DNA of 64,000 nucleotides from an uncultured virus (IMG/VR IMGVR_UViG_3300044997_001052). Lineage: Duplodnaviria; Heunggongvirae; Uroviricota; Caudoviricetes. The stretch lies in IMG/VR virus record IMGVR_UViG_3300044997_001052; one strand, given 5' to 3'. Below, piece after piece: positions 48,573 to 59,800 of the stretch. A program made the translations under genes and the position numbers. Positions within the stretch are counted from its first letter, which is position 1, and each line of letters starts with the position of its first letter. The notes under the pieces were generated by a model, which was not told the DNA's origin, did no database searches, and saw nothing but the letters and a program-made list of their open reading frames with translations.

Positions 48573-49115
48573 ATGGCTAGTATTTATGATACAGTTACAA
48601 GCTGGTCTTCAGGATCAATTTACTATAAATATGATATTGTAAAAGGTAGTGATAATAGATTTTATTATTCCGTCATCAATTCAAATATTTCCAAAAACCC
48701 TGTTACGCCGTCGAACTTAGGAATATCTTGGGATGGATATATCTTGTTAAATGACAGCCTAATACCTGATTTTTGGTGGAAAGCTTCTTACGCTACAGAG
48801 GCTTCGTTTAAACCTAAATTAATCATCAACCAGTTTGGCAATGGATATCAACAAAGAATAAAGGACGGGTTAAATAATAATATGGCAGAATTTTCAGTAT
48901 CTTTTCAAAACAGGAGCGAAAAAGAAGCTGTTTCAATATTACATTTTTTAAACGAAAGAAACACGCAGGAAAGCTTTGTCTATAATATGCCCACAATTTA
49001 CAATAAGAACAACTCAAGCTTAAATACTAGATTTATATGTCCAGAATGGACATCAAATTATATATCATACAATAATTACTCTGTACAAGCAAAGTTTTTT
49101 GAAGTTCCAATATAA
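48573..49115 (+). CDS. minor tail protein, lambda gpM-like
   Basis: FGNGYQQR..DGLN, I.HFL..R, F.C.EW, A.F.EV. Confidence 0.8.
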   Translation: MASIYDTVTSWSSGSIYYKYDIVKGSDNRFYYSVINSNISKNPVTPSNLGISWDGYILLNDSLIPDFWWKASYATEASFKPKLIINQFGNGYQQRIKDGLNNNMAEFSVSFQNRSEKEAVSILHFLNERNTQESFVYNMPTIYNKNNSSLNTRFICPEWTSNYISYNNYSVQAKFFEVPI

Positions 49116-49123
49116 TATAAAGC

Positions 49124-50605
49124 ATGAATCTTGAAGGATTAAATTCAAATCAAATATATAATTATATAGTTAGCGGAAGTGCTTCTATTAATTCTGAGAT
49201 TTCTTCTCTACAGCCATCAACGCAAATAATATTCTATGAGATTGATCTTTCTGAAATTGCTCCAAAATTAGCAAGCTTTTCTTATTCAGAAGGAAATCCA
49301 ATTAACAACGCAATCTTAAGGATATATAATGACTACAACTTATTTAACATATCAAACAATCCTAATGGTAAAATAAAATGGCAAAATAATTTCTATTACC
49401 CATTTCCGATAAAAGCCGAAGGGTTTGAATACAATACGAATGGTACACTGCCGACTCCTAAATTGACCATTGCCAATTTTAGTCCTGATAAGTCTTTTAA
49501 TTCTTTCTACAAATATCTTAGAATGAACATAGAATCCCTTGGTGATATCATTGGATCAAAATTTACTAGGACAAAAACCTTCTTAAAATATTTAGACGGA
49601 TCAAATTTTTCGAATGGAATAAATCCATTTAATCCTCAGACAGGTTTGTATGAAATTGAATTACCTAAAGACATATATTATATTGATAGAAAATCTTATG
49701 AAGATAAAACTCGAATTGAATATCAATTAAGTTCTATACTAGATTTAGAAAATCTATACTTACCAGGAAGATCGATAATTGCTAAAAAATGTCCATTTCA
49801 ATATAGAGGGGAAGGATGCGTTTATGAATACAACTCAAGACTTACAGATCTCCATAGTGGAGTATACGCAAAAACAACGAATCCTCTTTACCAAGTCTTT
49901 GGCTTGCAAACCGCTCCTCCTGTAGCAACTGAAAATGATCAATTATTTATTTCAAATAACGGCGGATTTTTTTCTTCCAACAACCCAGCGGGTAATACAG
50001 CGATATTTAGATTAACGGGTTCGGCTGGGAATTCTGGCTTATGGATAGAAAATGCTAATTATGTTTCTGGTGATTTTATTTTTTTAGAAAAAGAAAAACT
50101 TAAATATTATTTTGTATGTATTCAAAATAATACATCTACAATTTTTAATGCACCACCAAATACTAATTTTTGGGCTGCAGATAATTGTGCAAAAAGTATA
50201 AAAAGCTGCAGATTAAGATGGTTAAAAAATCCAGCTTTTCGCCCAGTGATCTGGCCTACGAGTAGACGAGGACAAACTCACACTGAAATGGATTTACAAA
50301 TATTTGCCCAAAATTATACTAATGGATGGATTGCGCAAAATAATGCTGGCATTTATCCTTCAGGAAGGGGTAGGCAAAGTTTTACTGACGAAGTATTGGG
50401 AGAAGTTATATATACTATCCAAGAAGTACAGGATCAATTTGTAACTGGTTTAAATGGCATACCTATAAATTTTCCAAGAAGACCAGGATGCGAAAATCCT
50501 GCCGCAGAATACGCGCATGGAATACCAAAGGACAAAGATGGGAATTATCTTAATGGTTTCTTGCCCTACGGCGGATTCCCAGCTGTAAATAGACCAGAGG
50601 GTTAA
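49124..50605 (+). CDS. minor tail protein, lambda gpL-like
   Basis: PI.AEGFE..G.LP.P.L, RTKTF.KYLD..NF, CPFQYRGEGC, CAKSIKSC..R, PYGGFP. Confidence 0.88.
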   Translation: MNLEGLNSNQIYNYIVSGSASINSEISSLQPSTQIIFYEIDLSEIAPKLASFSYSEGNPINNAILRIYNDYNLFNISNNPNGKIKWQNNFYYPFPIKAEGFEYNTNGTLPTPKLTIANFSPDKSFNSFYKYLRMNIESLGDIIGSKFTRTKTFLKYLDGSNFSNGINPFNPQTGLYEIELPKDIYYIDRKSYEDKTRIEYQLSSILDLENLYLPGRSIIAKKCPFQYRGEGCVYEYNSRLTDLHSGVYAKTTNPLYQVFGLQTAPPVATENDQLFISNNGGFFSSNNPAGNTAIFRLTGSAGNSGLWIENANYVSGDFIFLEKEKLKYYFVCIQNNTSTIFNAPPNTNFWAADNCAKSIKSCRLRWLKNPAFRPVIWPTSRRGQTHTEMDLQIFAQNYTNGWIAQNNAGIYPSGRGRQSFTDEVLGEVIYTIQEVQDQFVTGLNGIPINFPRRPGCENPAAEYAHGIPKDKDGNYLNGFLPYGGFPAVNRPEG

Positions 50606-50608
50606 TGT

Positions 50609-51331
50609 ATGATTTTAGATAATATAAAAGAATTAATTAAAAAACACGCAATAAAGGTTTTACCTCAAGAATGTTGCGGATTTGTTGTAAAAAACAATGA
50701 GAATATAAATATAATAGAATGTATGAATATCGCTATAAATCCAAATATAAATTTCCAGATATCAAGCTCTGAATTCCTAAAAGTAAAGAATAGATATCAA
50801 ATTCTATATGTCTATCATAGTCACCCCGTAAAGCAAGATCTATTTTCACCATCAGATATAATTACCGCAAACAATTTAAATATACCTATAATTCTATATT
50901 CTGTAATTAATAATATATTTAAAATATATGATCCAAGAAAAATCTCTAAATATTTAGGCTTAACTTTTAAATATAAAAAGAATGATTGCCTTACATTAAT
51001 TAAAAATTATTATCTAAATGAATTAAATCAAAACGTAAATATAGATAAAATATATGAAATATTTGAAGCAAGAGGACATCTATCAGATTTATATGATATA
51101 ACAAAAAATAACTTTGTCGATTTACAAAATTTTAAACTTATAAACGCAAAAGATATAAAAGAAAACGATATCCTTTTGTTAAAAAATGATAAAGGATATC
51201 CTTGTCATTATGGTATATATATGGACAACTACCATATTTTGCATCAAACTGTTGACCACAGCTCTGTAATAAATAATTATTATAATAAACAAGAAGAGAT
51301 TTTAATTGGCTTAAGGAGGAGCAATTTATGA
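50609..51331 (+). CDS. tail assembly protein, lambda gpK-like (JAB + NlpC/P60)
   Basis: PQECCG, YHSHP...S.SD, DCLTL, HYGIY..ILH. Confidence 0.88.
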   Translation: MILDNIKELIKKHAIKVLPQECCGFVVKNNENINIIECMNIAINPNINFQISSSEFLKVKNRYQILYVYHSHPVKQDLFSPSDIITANNLNIPIILYSVINNIFKIYDPRKISKYLGLTFKYKKNDCLTLIKNYYLNELNQNVNIDKIYEIFEARGHLSDLYDITKNNFVDLQNFKLINAKDIKENDILLLKNDKGYPCHYGIYMDNYHILHQTVDHSSVINNYYNKQEEILIGLRRSNL

Positions 51332-52086
51332 AAATTAATTTACATGGTAAACTCGGCGAAGAGATAGGAGAGAGTTGGGATTTAGAAGTTTCTAGCGTTG
51401 CAGAAGCGCTAAGAGGAATTGAGGCCAATACAAAAAAATTAAGAAAATGGTTCTTGGATCATGTTGAAGATTATGAATACGACATCTTAGTAAATAAAAA
51501 AAGTTTTTTAACTAAAAATCTATCAGATAATCTATCTCAAGACGAAATCTATAATTCTGAGTTATTTTTGAATATAGAAAATCATGTAGAATACGTAGAT
51601 ATTGTTCCTGTAATTAAAGGATCAGCTTTTATGCTCGCACTCGGAGCGTTATTTTTCGCTGGAGGAATAGCAATGGCTACAATAACAACATTTGTTACCG
51701 TTGGTATGACCTTGGCTTTCGTAGGATTAGGACTTATGTCCATGGGGGTAAGCTCGCTATTATCAAAACCTCCTCCATCTGTTCCGTATACAGCTCAACA
51801 AGTAAATCCAATAGAAGGTGGAGGCGGAGAAAGCGGTGGGCCTGCGTCCTATCTTTTTAATGGACCCACAAACACCGTTGGAGAAGGTGGACCAGTGCCT
51901 ATAGGATATGGCGAATTAACTGTTGGTGGGCATACAATATTTAGTAATTACGAAATATTGTATAGAATATATAAGCAAGATTGGGTAGATGCAACCTTGC
52001 AAGCTTCAATATTCGGGACAGAAAGATACTTATTAAATAGTAGAGGATTCTTGGCTTCTCAAGAGCCTATCTTAGCAGAGCCATAA
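51328..52086 (+). CDS. tail assembly protein, lambda gpI-like
   Basis: LHGKLG, SVAEALR, IVPVIKG, SYLFNG..NT..EG.PVPIGYGE. Confidence 0.88.
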   Translation: MKINLHGKLGEEIGESWDLEVSSVAEALRGIEANTKKLRKWFLDHVEDYEYDILVNKKSFLTKNLSDNLSQDEIYNSELFLNIENHVEYVDIVPVIKGSAFMLALGALFFAGGIAMATITTFVTVGMTLAFVGLGLMSMGVSSLLSKPPPSVPYTAQQVNPIEGGGGESGGPASYLFNGPTNTVGEGGPVPIGYGELTVGGHTIFSNYEILYRIYKQDWVDATLQASIFGTERYLLNSRGFLASQEPILAEP

Positions 52087-52087
52087 T

Positions 52088-55000
52088 ATGGGTAATTCAA
52101 ATAAATACGCAGAAGGTCTTAGAACAATATTATATCCATTTAATATTGGGGCAACATATTGCGGATATAACTTCCCAGAAAGTAGCGCGCAAGATTCGCC
52201 TGGATGCTTATCCTTTCATTTTTCTGGCGATCATATATCTAATGAGCTTGGAGATATTATAACTGGAGGAAATGGGGCAAATAAGATACCCTATAATCCG
52301 ACAAGTGCGACAAGAAGATACGGGTGGGGACCAAGCGGATTTTACCATTTTTCTACGACAATAAGAGGTTTAAATCTTGGTATTACCGATTTAGGAACAA
52401 ATAATGGGCGCGGAGGCCCAGCTATATTTCTCAACACCGATCTATTACATAAAAGATTCCCTAATCGACCATTTAGCTTCCGTAGTCAAGGAGGGCTAAA
52501 TCTTAATGCTCAAGTCATAAATGAAACAATTAATATTAGGAATATAAGTCCACGGCCCCCAAATCTAGACGAAATCTATAAAGGGACATCTAAGGTAAAT
52601 AACATGACTCAAAGAGCTTTAGACACCCGAGCACTTAACACGATTACAAATATTCAAGTTTTGGATTTAATATCAGAAGGTCCAATCGAAGGACTTGTAA
52701 GCGGTGCTTATATTTATAGTACTCAAGGAAAAACGACTGGAGATATAGGTTATGCTTCTGCGACTTTTCAACCATTTTCTACAAGTGAAAATAATACTCC
52801 AGCAGAAATAAGATCAATCTTTTGGAATGATATACCTTTAGCCGACTTACAAGGAAATAAAAATTTTCAACAAATAAATTATAAATATACTTATGGAGAA
52901 AAAGATAATGTTCATACGATATTTAACCCTTATGTAAATTTATACGAAGATAGAACTGATTATTACGGAAGAAGAACCGATATAAATAAAATACCTATAG
53001 AAACTTCAATAACTAAATCTATTGGCGAAAAACTTTATGGCGGATACTTAAAAGATCTTCCTGAATCTACTTCCGCGCAATACACGAAAGTTTTATATCC
53101 AAAAACATATTATATTTATAATAGGGAAATATCTTCTATAGATGTAAATATAGAAATTCAAGGATTATTTGAGCAAATGCTTACTGGATCGAACGCGGGA
53201 GACATAGAATGGAAAACGATGGAGTTTAAATTTGATGTATATAGATTAATGAATAACATGGACCTTGTAAGATTAGATACTTCAAAATATGCACCATACG
53301 AACCTAATTTTTATTCAAGTGATACAATACTAATTGAAGGCAGAATAACTAGCCCAACAATGTTCACGTATCACATTAATTTAAGACCGTATGCCGAAAA
53401 TTTTCCTAGATTTGAAATTTTAGATAATCAAATCGGTTGGGCTATAGATATTGTTCAAAACACGTTAGAAGGAACAAGTTCAGCCCTACAATCTTCCGCA
53501 AATATCCATTCAATTACAGAATTTTATTCTGATAGATTTTCTTATCCAGAGGTTGCTGGGGTCTTGTCTAGGTTTGATGCAAGGTATTTTAATGAAGTGC
53601 CATCAAGATCTTACAAAGTAAGGCTTTTAAAAGTTAAAATACCAGAGAATTACGATCCAATAACTAAAACTTATAGCGGCCCATGGAACGGTAAATTTAA
53701 AGTGGCATGGACAGATAATCCTGCGTGGTGTTTCTATGATTTGCTTTCAAATAAAAAATACGGTTTAGGTAAATATATTAACGCCAATTTAATTGATAAA
53801 TGGACTTTATATGAAATTTCTCAATATTGTGATCAGCTTGTGGCGGATGGTAATGGTGGTCTAGAACCCAGATTTAGATGCAATGTCTATATACAGAATA
53901 AAGAAGAAGCGCATAAAGTATTAAATGATATGGCGAGTATTTTTAGAGGGATATTATACTACTCAGCAGGACAAATTGTCGTTTCTCAAGATTCGCCAAA
54001 AGAACCGATTTATATGTTTAATAATAGTAATGTTATTGATGGAAATTTTATATACTCTGATGCATCTAAAAAATCTAGGAAAACAGTAGCTTATGTAAGG
54101 TTTAATGATGCTTTTGATAATTATAAACCTGCGATTGAGTATGTAGAGGATCGTGATTCTATATTAAAATATGGCATAAGAGAAACTGAGATCGCAGCAT
54201 TTGGATGTACGAGTCGTACACAAGCGAAAAGATTAGGAAAATGGATATTAGCTACGGAAAATCAAGAAACAGAAATTATAGATTTTAATGTTGGATTAGA
54301 AGGAAATTTTGTCCGACCAGGAGACGTTGTATGGGTCTATGATCAGAATAGAAGGCTTAATCTTTACGGCGGTAGAACGCTAGAATTAACTACAGGATAT
54401 GCAGTATTAGATATACCATATAACAATAACAATTTATATGCTTTAAGTGGAATAAATCAATCTTTTCAATTCCAAGTTCTTACCCCAACTTATAATTTAA
54501 AAGCTGGCACAGAACTTGGTGATTTATACATGACTGGTTTTACAAGCATTACGTCTTCTGGAATCACCGGCATAAACTCTTCGTTCACCAAAAGAAGTCA
54601 GGTGCAGTATGTAGATTATAATCAATCAATTGGCTCTTATTTAGGAAGCGGGACAGGAATATATTCAAACTATATAAGATTAAATTTCCCAAAAGCAATA
54701 AAAGGGATATCTAGCCCAATTAATAGCGGATATAATCTATATCAGAATACAGTATGGGCCATAGATATTTCTACTTCAAATTATGGGGGGGTAAGTGGTG
54801 GATTAAATATTAGATCATTAATTGATAATAGTTTAAATAAATCATACTTAGGCTACATTTATGAGCCATATCTAAATGAACCCAAGAAATACAGAGTTTT
54901 AAATGTTGTAGAAAAAGAAGATCATAGTTTCTCTGTTAACGCCTTAGAATATAAAGATAAAAAATATACCGATGTTGATAATATGAATCTTTTAGATAAT

Positions 55001-55483
55001 TTACCTACAAGAAAAGAAACGCCAAATACTCCAGGATTAAATCTTAGCGGGATATTTAGAAGTCCAAGCACGAACTCTTACTGCTCAACAAGCCCATGCA
55101 ATGGATTTCATTTTACCACAAATCAAAATGGGATTAATAGTGTTATGTACAATATTACGCCCCCAAATAATTCCTCGTCTGTCTATTTATATAAAGTTTA
55201 TTTAAAATCTGGAGCATTCGAGTCCACAACATCAACAAATAGACAATATCTTATCAATACAATTACCCCTGAAGACCTATCTAGGAGAGGACTGTCATCA
55301 TCAAATTGGATAAATGGAACAATCCCTTATTTTGCCACGCCAATTGGTACAGGAAGTTATTATGTAAGGGTATATGCGGAAAATTCTATAGGAGAATCTT
55401 CTAATTACATTCAATCTATATATCATTTAACTAATCAAACGTCGGTATTTAGCGTCCAAGTATCTGGAGTAAACGTTGTATAA
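52088..55483 (+). CDS. tail tip / host specificity protein, lambda gpJ-like
   Basis: DLISEGPIEGL, WTDNPAWCFYD, YCDQLV.DG.GG.EPRF, FGCTSR.QA.R.G.W. Confidence 0.92.
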   Translation: MGNSNKYAEGLRTILYPFNIGATYCGYNFPESSAQDSPGCLSFHFSGDHISNELGDIITGGNGANKIPYNPTSATRRYGWGPSGFYHFSTTIRGLNLGITDLGTNNGRGGPAIFLNTDLLHKRFPNRPFSFRSQGGLNLNAQVINETINIRNISPRPPNLDEIYKGTSKVNNMTQRALDTRALNTITNIQVLDLISEGPIEGLVSGAYIYSTQGKTTGDIGYASATFQPFSTSENNTPAEIRSIFWNDIPLADLQGNKNFQQINYKYTYGEKDNVHTIFNPYVNLYEDRTDYYGRRTDINKIPIETSITKSIGEKLYGGYLKDLPESTSAQYTKVLYPKTYYIYNREISSIDVNIEIQGLFEQMLTGSNAGDIEWKTMEFKFDVYRLMNNMDLVRLDTSKYAPYEPNFYSSDTILIEGRITSPTMFTYHINLRPYAENFPRFEILDNQIGWAIDIVQNTLEGTSSALQSSANIHSITEFYSDRFSYPEVAGVLSRFDARYFNEVPSRSYKVRLLKVKIPENYDPITKTYSGPWNGKFKVAWTDNPAWCFYDLLSNKKYGLGKYINANLIDKWTLYEISQYCDQLVADGNGGLEPRFRCNVYIQNKEEAHKVLNDMASIFRGILYYSAGQIVVSQDSPKEPIYMFNNSNVIDGNFIYSDASKKSRKTVAYVRFNDAFDNYKPAIEYVEDRDSILKYGIRETEIAAFGCTSRTQAKRLGKWILATENQETEIIDFNVGLEGNFVRPGDVVWVYDQNRRLNLYGGRTLELTTGYAVLDIPYNNNNLYALSGINQSFQFQVLTPTYNLKAGTELGDLYMTGFTSITSSGITGINSSFTKRSQVQYVDYNQSIGSYLGSGTGIYSNYIRLNFPKAIKGISSPINSGYNLYQNTVWAIDISTSNYGGVSGGLNIRSLIDNSLNKSYLGYIYEPYLNEPKKYRVLNVVEKEDHSFSVNALEYKDKKYTDVDNMNLLDNLPTRKETPNTPGLNLSGIFRSPSTNSYCSTSPCNGFHFTTNQNGINSVMYNITPPNNSSSVYLYKVYLKSGAFESTTSTNRQYLINTITPEDLSRRGLSSSNWINGTIPYFATPIGTGSYYVRVYAENSIGESSNYIQSIYHLTNQTSVFSVQVSGVNVV

Positions 55484-55486
55484 GAT

Positions 55487-56890
55487 ATGAAAATTAAAGA
55501 TTTAAATACAACAGTAAAATGGGAGACAATAAGATCGAATTTTGAAGCCTTAAATATAAAGTTACCCTTTCCATCATATAATATATTGATTAAACACGAA
55601 GATACAATAATCGAGAAATTATCTGGATTAAGAGATTATACTTATACACAAGATCAATACTTTGCTAATTCTATAGAATATAAAAAACCAAAATATTTTT
55701 CGGAAGAAAGTAAAAATCGAATAGAAAGTCAGTACACTTTTCATTTTATAAAAAATTATAAAATTTATAAAGAAAAATTTAATAAATTAGGATTTTTTAA
55801 AAAGTTGAAATTTATTATTGATTATAATAACACAGATGAAGTAGATTACGAGTATGATTTAGAATATCCCGAGCTAGAAAATATTGATAATTCTTTATTA
55901 TTTAATAAAATCTACAGAAGTAATGATCATCTTTCGATAAAACTTTTAATAAATAAAAAATACTTTCAAGATCAAAATATTGATTCTTTATTAATTATTA
56001 GCGATCTCCCAGATGTAAATAAACAGCTAAAAAATATATTAGCTAAAGACATAAATCAACAATGGTTGGATGTCAATGAAGAAAATTCTCTTCTAACGGT
56101 ACCTTTTATAGAAAATACTATTGTAGAGATTACAGAAAATATTGATGTTAAAATATTACCCTTAAATTATGTCCAAACTCAAATATATAATTTTTTAAAA
56201 CAACAAGAAAAGGAAAAAGATATAAATTCTATGTTTTTAGAATTTTTTAGTAATCAATTATTTAATGTAGGTAAAATATATAAGCTCCCTGCAAATATGG
56301 AAACTCTAATAGTTTATCAGAATTATTTGTACCTATTTAATAAAGATAGTCTTAAATCAAATTCTTTATCAAATATAAATATCAATAAAGTTTTATTTAA
56401 TAAATATTATCCAATTTTAAATAAAGACGAATTATCGAAAGCAACAATATCTATCTCTTCTAATCCAGAAAATTTTGATAATACGTCTAATAGATTTAAT
56501 CTTCTTGAAGATAATATAGGTTTTTATAATAAAGAATTAACGGAGTATAAAGATATCGTAAAGAATCTTCAATATTTTCAATCCAAAGGGGTAAAAGAAT
56601 GTTCTATAATTAATCTATCCGAGAAAGAGATAGACTGCGATTTATATATTGAATTTGTTACAGATTTTTACGAGAATGAGAATTTTTATATAGAAAATAG
56701 TAATAATATTGAGCTATATCAAAAATATACAAAAAATATTTTAGGTAAGGAATATATAACGTTTTTATTTAAATATACTTATAATTTAAGTCCAGTAGAT
56801 CAATATTTACTAAATCATAATAAAACAAATAGATCTCAAATAATTCTTGGTAAAGATTTGATTAATTTTTCTGCAAAACTTATAATATAA
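55487..56890 (+). CDS. hypothetical protein
   Basis: 467 aa very AT-rich ORF after gpJ. Confidence 0.7.
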   Translation: MKIKDLNTTVKWETIRSNFEALNIKLPFPSYNILIKHEDTIIEKLSGLRDYTYTQDQYFANSIEYKKPKYFSEESKNRIESQYTFHFIKNYKIYKEKFNKLGFFKKLKFIIDYNNTDEVDYEYDLEYPELENIDNSLLFNKIYRSNDHLSIKLLINKKYFQDQNIDSLLIISDLPDVNKQLKNILAKDINQQWLDVNEENSLLTVPFIENTIVEITENIDVKILPLNYVQTQIYNFLKQQEKEKDINSMFLEFFSNQLFNVGKIYKLPANMETLIVYQNYLYLFNKDSLKSNSLSNININKVLFNKYYPILNKDELSKATISISSNPENFDNTSNRFNLLEDNIGFYNKELTEYKDIVKNLQYFQSKGVKECSIINLSEKEIDCDLYIEFVTDFYENENFYIENSNNIELYQKYTKNILGKEYITFLFKYTYNLSPVDQYLLNHNKTNRSQIILGKDLINFSAKLII

Positions 56891-56891
56891 G

Positions 56892-59800
56892 TTATTGTCT
56901 CTTCTTATACATTTGAGAACTTAGTAACCCGCCAGGTCTTTGTTGTTCTAAGATAGTTTGAATTACCTGACTTTTAATTCTTTGACCAAGCATATTCGCT
57001 TTGTCTTTTTCAGACATTTCGTTAAGTTCACTACCGCTTTTCTCTTGTTTACTCTCCATCATTGTTTGCCCTTGCGTGAGGTTGACTGTTACATTAACAT
57101 TATTAATAGGAGCATTTTGATTATTTGAGCTAAATCCTATTTGCCCACTCGCAGAACCACCTTCTGCAAATTTTTTTATTCTGCCGCTATTTAATTCATC
57201 AAAAAACTTTTTGCCATATAAATTAACTGCTTCTTTTCGCATTACAAATTCGCCGCCCATTAATAAGGCTGGAATATTATCTTTATAATTTTGCCCACCA
57301 TCAGCGAATTTTTTGATATATCCACCCATTGCTCTAGGCATCGGAGCCCTTGGGGTAGGCATGCTATAACGTAAAGGAGCAGAAGATAAATAGTTTGATC
57401 TTACCGCGCTAGAAGCTCCTAACTTAGCGGAAGGACCATATTTTGATTGACTACCAAATAAATTTCCAAATATTCCTCCTTCAGTTCCCGCTCCTGGCAA
57501 GAAAGATAGGCCTATTCCAGCCAGACCTATTCCAGCCTGTATAAGCCCTGCGGTAATTGCTTGTTTTTTCTGCCGATTATATTGATCTCGAATTTCTTTA
57601 TTAATTCTTTGATTTTCTTCATAAGATTTTTTATTAGCTTCTCTTACCCCATCAACATATTCTAAATAATCGTCAATTTTATTGATTCTATCTATATAGA
57701 TTTGTTCCATTTGTTTTCTTAACTCATTTTGGGGATTTGATGAATCTAAAAGGGCTCTTAAATTTAGATCTGATTCTGCGGATAATTTTCCATTTTTTGG
57801 TCGATATAAAGTTTGTCCAGTTTCTTCGATATATATTGGATCAAAATCTTTTACTTTAAACGTATTTTTGGCTACATAATTTAATTCACCACCGGTTGCA
57901 AATTTTTGAACTCTTCCTCCATTTTTAAAGTACATATTAGATAAAGATGTATCACTTTGATTATAAGATAATAAGCCTTGAGATTTAAGAACTGTACGAG
58001 ATAATCTTGCTACGTTTGATCCGAAGGCTCCCGCCGTACCATAATTTGTAGCCGTTGTTGGCGTTGTAGACGAATCAGTAGGGTTGCTAGTAGCCGCTGT
58101 CACCTTCCCCGCCGCGATCAGCCCCGCCATCGCCGTTTTGATAGGACCACCGATTAAAAATTTTTGAACTCTTCCGCCGTGCTTAAAGTATTGTTCGTCA
58201 TCTTTACGCCTTGGACTTAAAGCTGAATAACCAAATGTTGTAGATGTTGGTTGATTACTAGATTTAAATACAGGGGCAAAAGTGCTGGATCTATCTGCTA
58301 TAGCATTAAACATACCATCACCGAATGAACTTGTATGCAGAGAAGGAAATTTACTATTCTGCGCGTTAATCGCTTTTCTTTCTTTGTACATTCTGTACGC
58401 ATTTTCCCTCGATACTGCTCCGCTCGCAGCCATCATTCCATACGCCATTGCTGTTCCATGAGCAGCTGTTATTTGTTGAGTTATCCCTCCTAAGAATTTT
58501 TTTTCAACTCTACCTTGATTTAGCATTTGTAAATATTCTGGACCATATTTCTTTACAGCGCTTTTCCTTATTACATATTCTCCCGCGCTTAACATTGCTG
58601 GTACATCATCTTTTGTTCCAGATCCTCCCGTAACAGTGCCTCCAGATGAATAGCCTTTGATTATACCGCCTTTAGATTTACCGAATAAATTTCCAAAAAT
58701 ACCTGCGCCACCAAAAGCGCTAGTACTTCCGAATAATTGACCAAATGCTAAATTAGTAGTAAATTCAAGCGCAAGTTGTTGTATTTTATCACTAATATTT
58801 AAAGCCATTTTTCTAAATGCATCTGAGGCAGTCGCTGTCCCATTAGCAAAAGAAAGGAATGCATTATTAAATTCAGATTTAATTGTTCTAGCAGTATCAA
58901 TCGCCCCAAGCTGAACATCTCTAAATAATGTAGATGTATTGTAATCAAAAGTATCAGTAAAGGCTTCTAGAAAGTCCATAGGCTTAGTATTTCCAAGCTT
59001 TATATTTTTTTCTCTAATTGCTTGTCTTCCACTTAAAAATTCATCTGAAAATATTGCGCCTTCCGCGCTCTGAGCGAATAAACTTAAATTATCTGCAGCT
59101 GCCTGCGTAGCTAAATCTAATTTTACAAGATTATCTCCATATTTTTTTTCTAAATCTGTTCGAATAATTTCAAGTTTATTTGCCGCGCCTTGTCGTAATG
59201 TTGAATCTAAAATAGAAGTATTGAGTGTATCAAATCCATTTTTTAAAGAAGAATTGCTAGCAGTTAATGCTTTTAATTTTGATTCAAATTCTGATACCTG
59301 CCTTACGGATAAACTTCCTTGACTTTTTATTAAATTTAATTGCTCTTGTTCAAGAGCTTTTAATCTTTCTTTTGCTAAAGTTCTTGTTTGATCATCTAAG
59401 GTATTTTCATTTATTGAATTAATACCTTGTAAAGTTGAATCTGCAATTTCTTTTTGATAATCTGACGCTGACTTTCTTGTTAATTCTTCTATGTCTAAAC
59501 CTTCAAATCTATTAGATCTTATGGCATCAATGGAGTCTTTAATAAGTTGTGAATTTTTTTCTTCTAAAAATATCTCGCCACGTCTAGCTTGTTGAATAAT
59601 ACTTAAACTTTTTGCAGCGTTTGATAAGGCAGGGATTAATAAATTGACATTCCCATTTAGTTTTTGAGTCAAGTCTGCTTCTATAGCTTTATATTTATTA
59701 ATAGCCTCTTGTTTTAGAGTCGCGTCTGAAATACTTGCTTCTAAAAATTTAAGATTCTCGCCAGAAATAGAAGCTTTTTGACCGGCTTTATCTAAACCGA

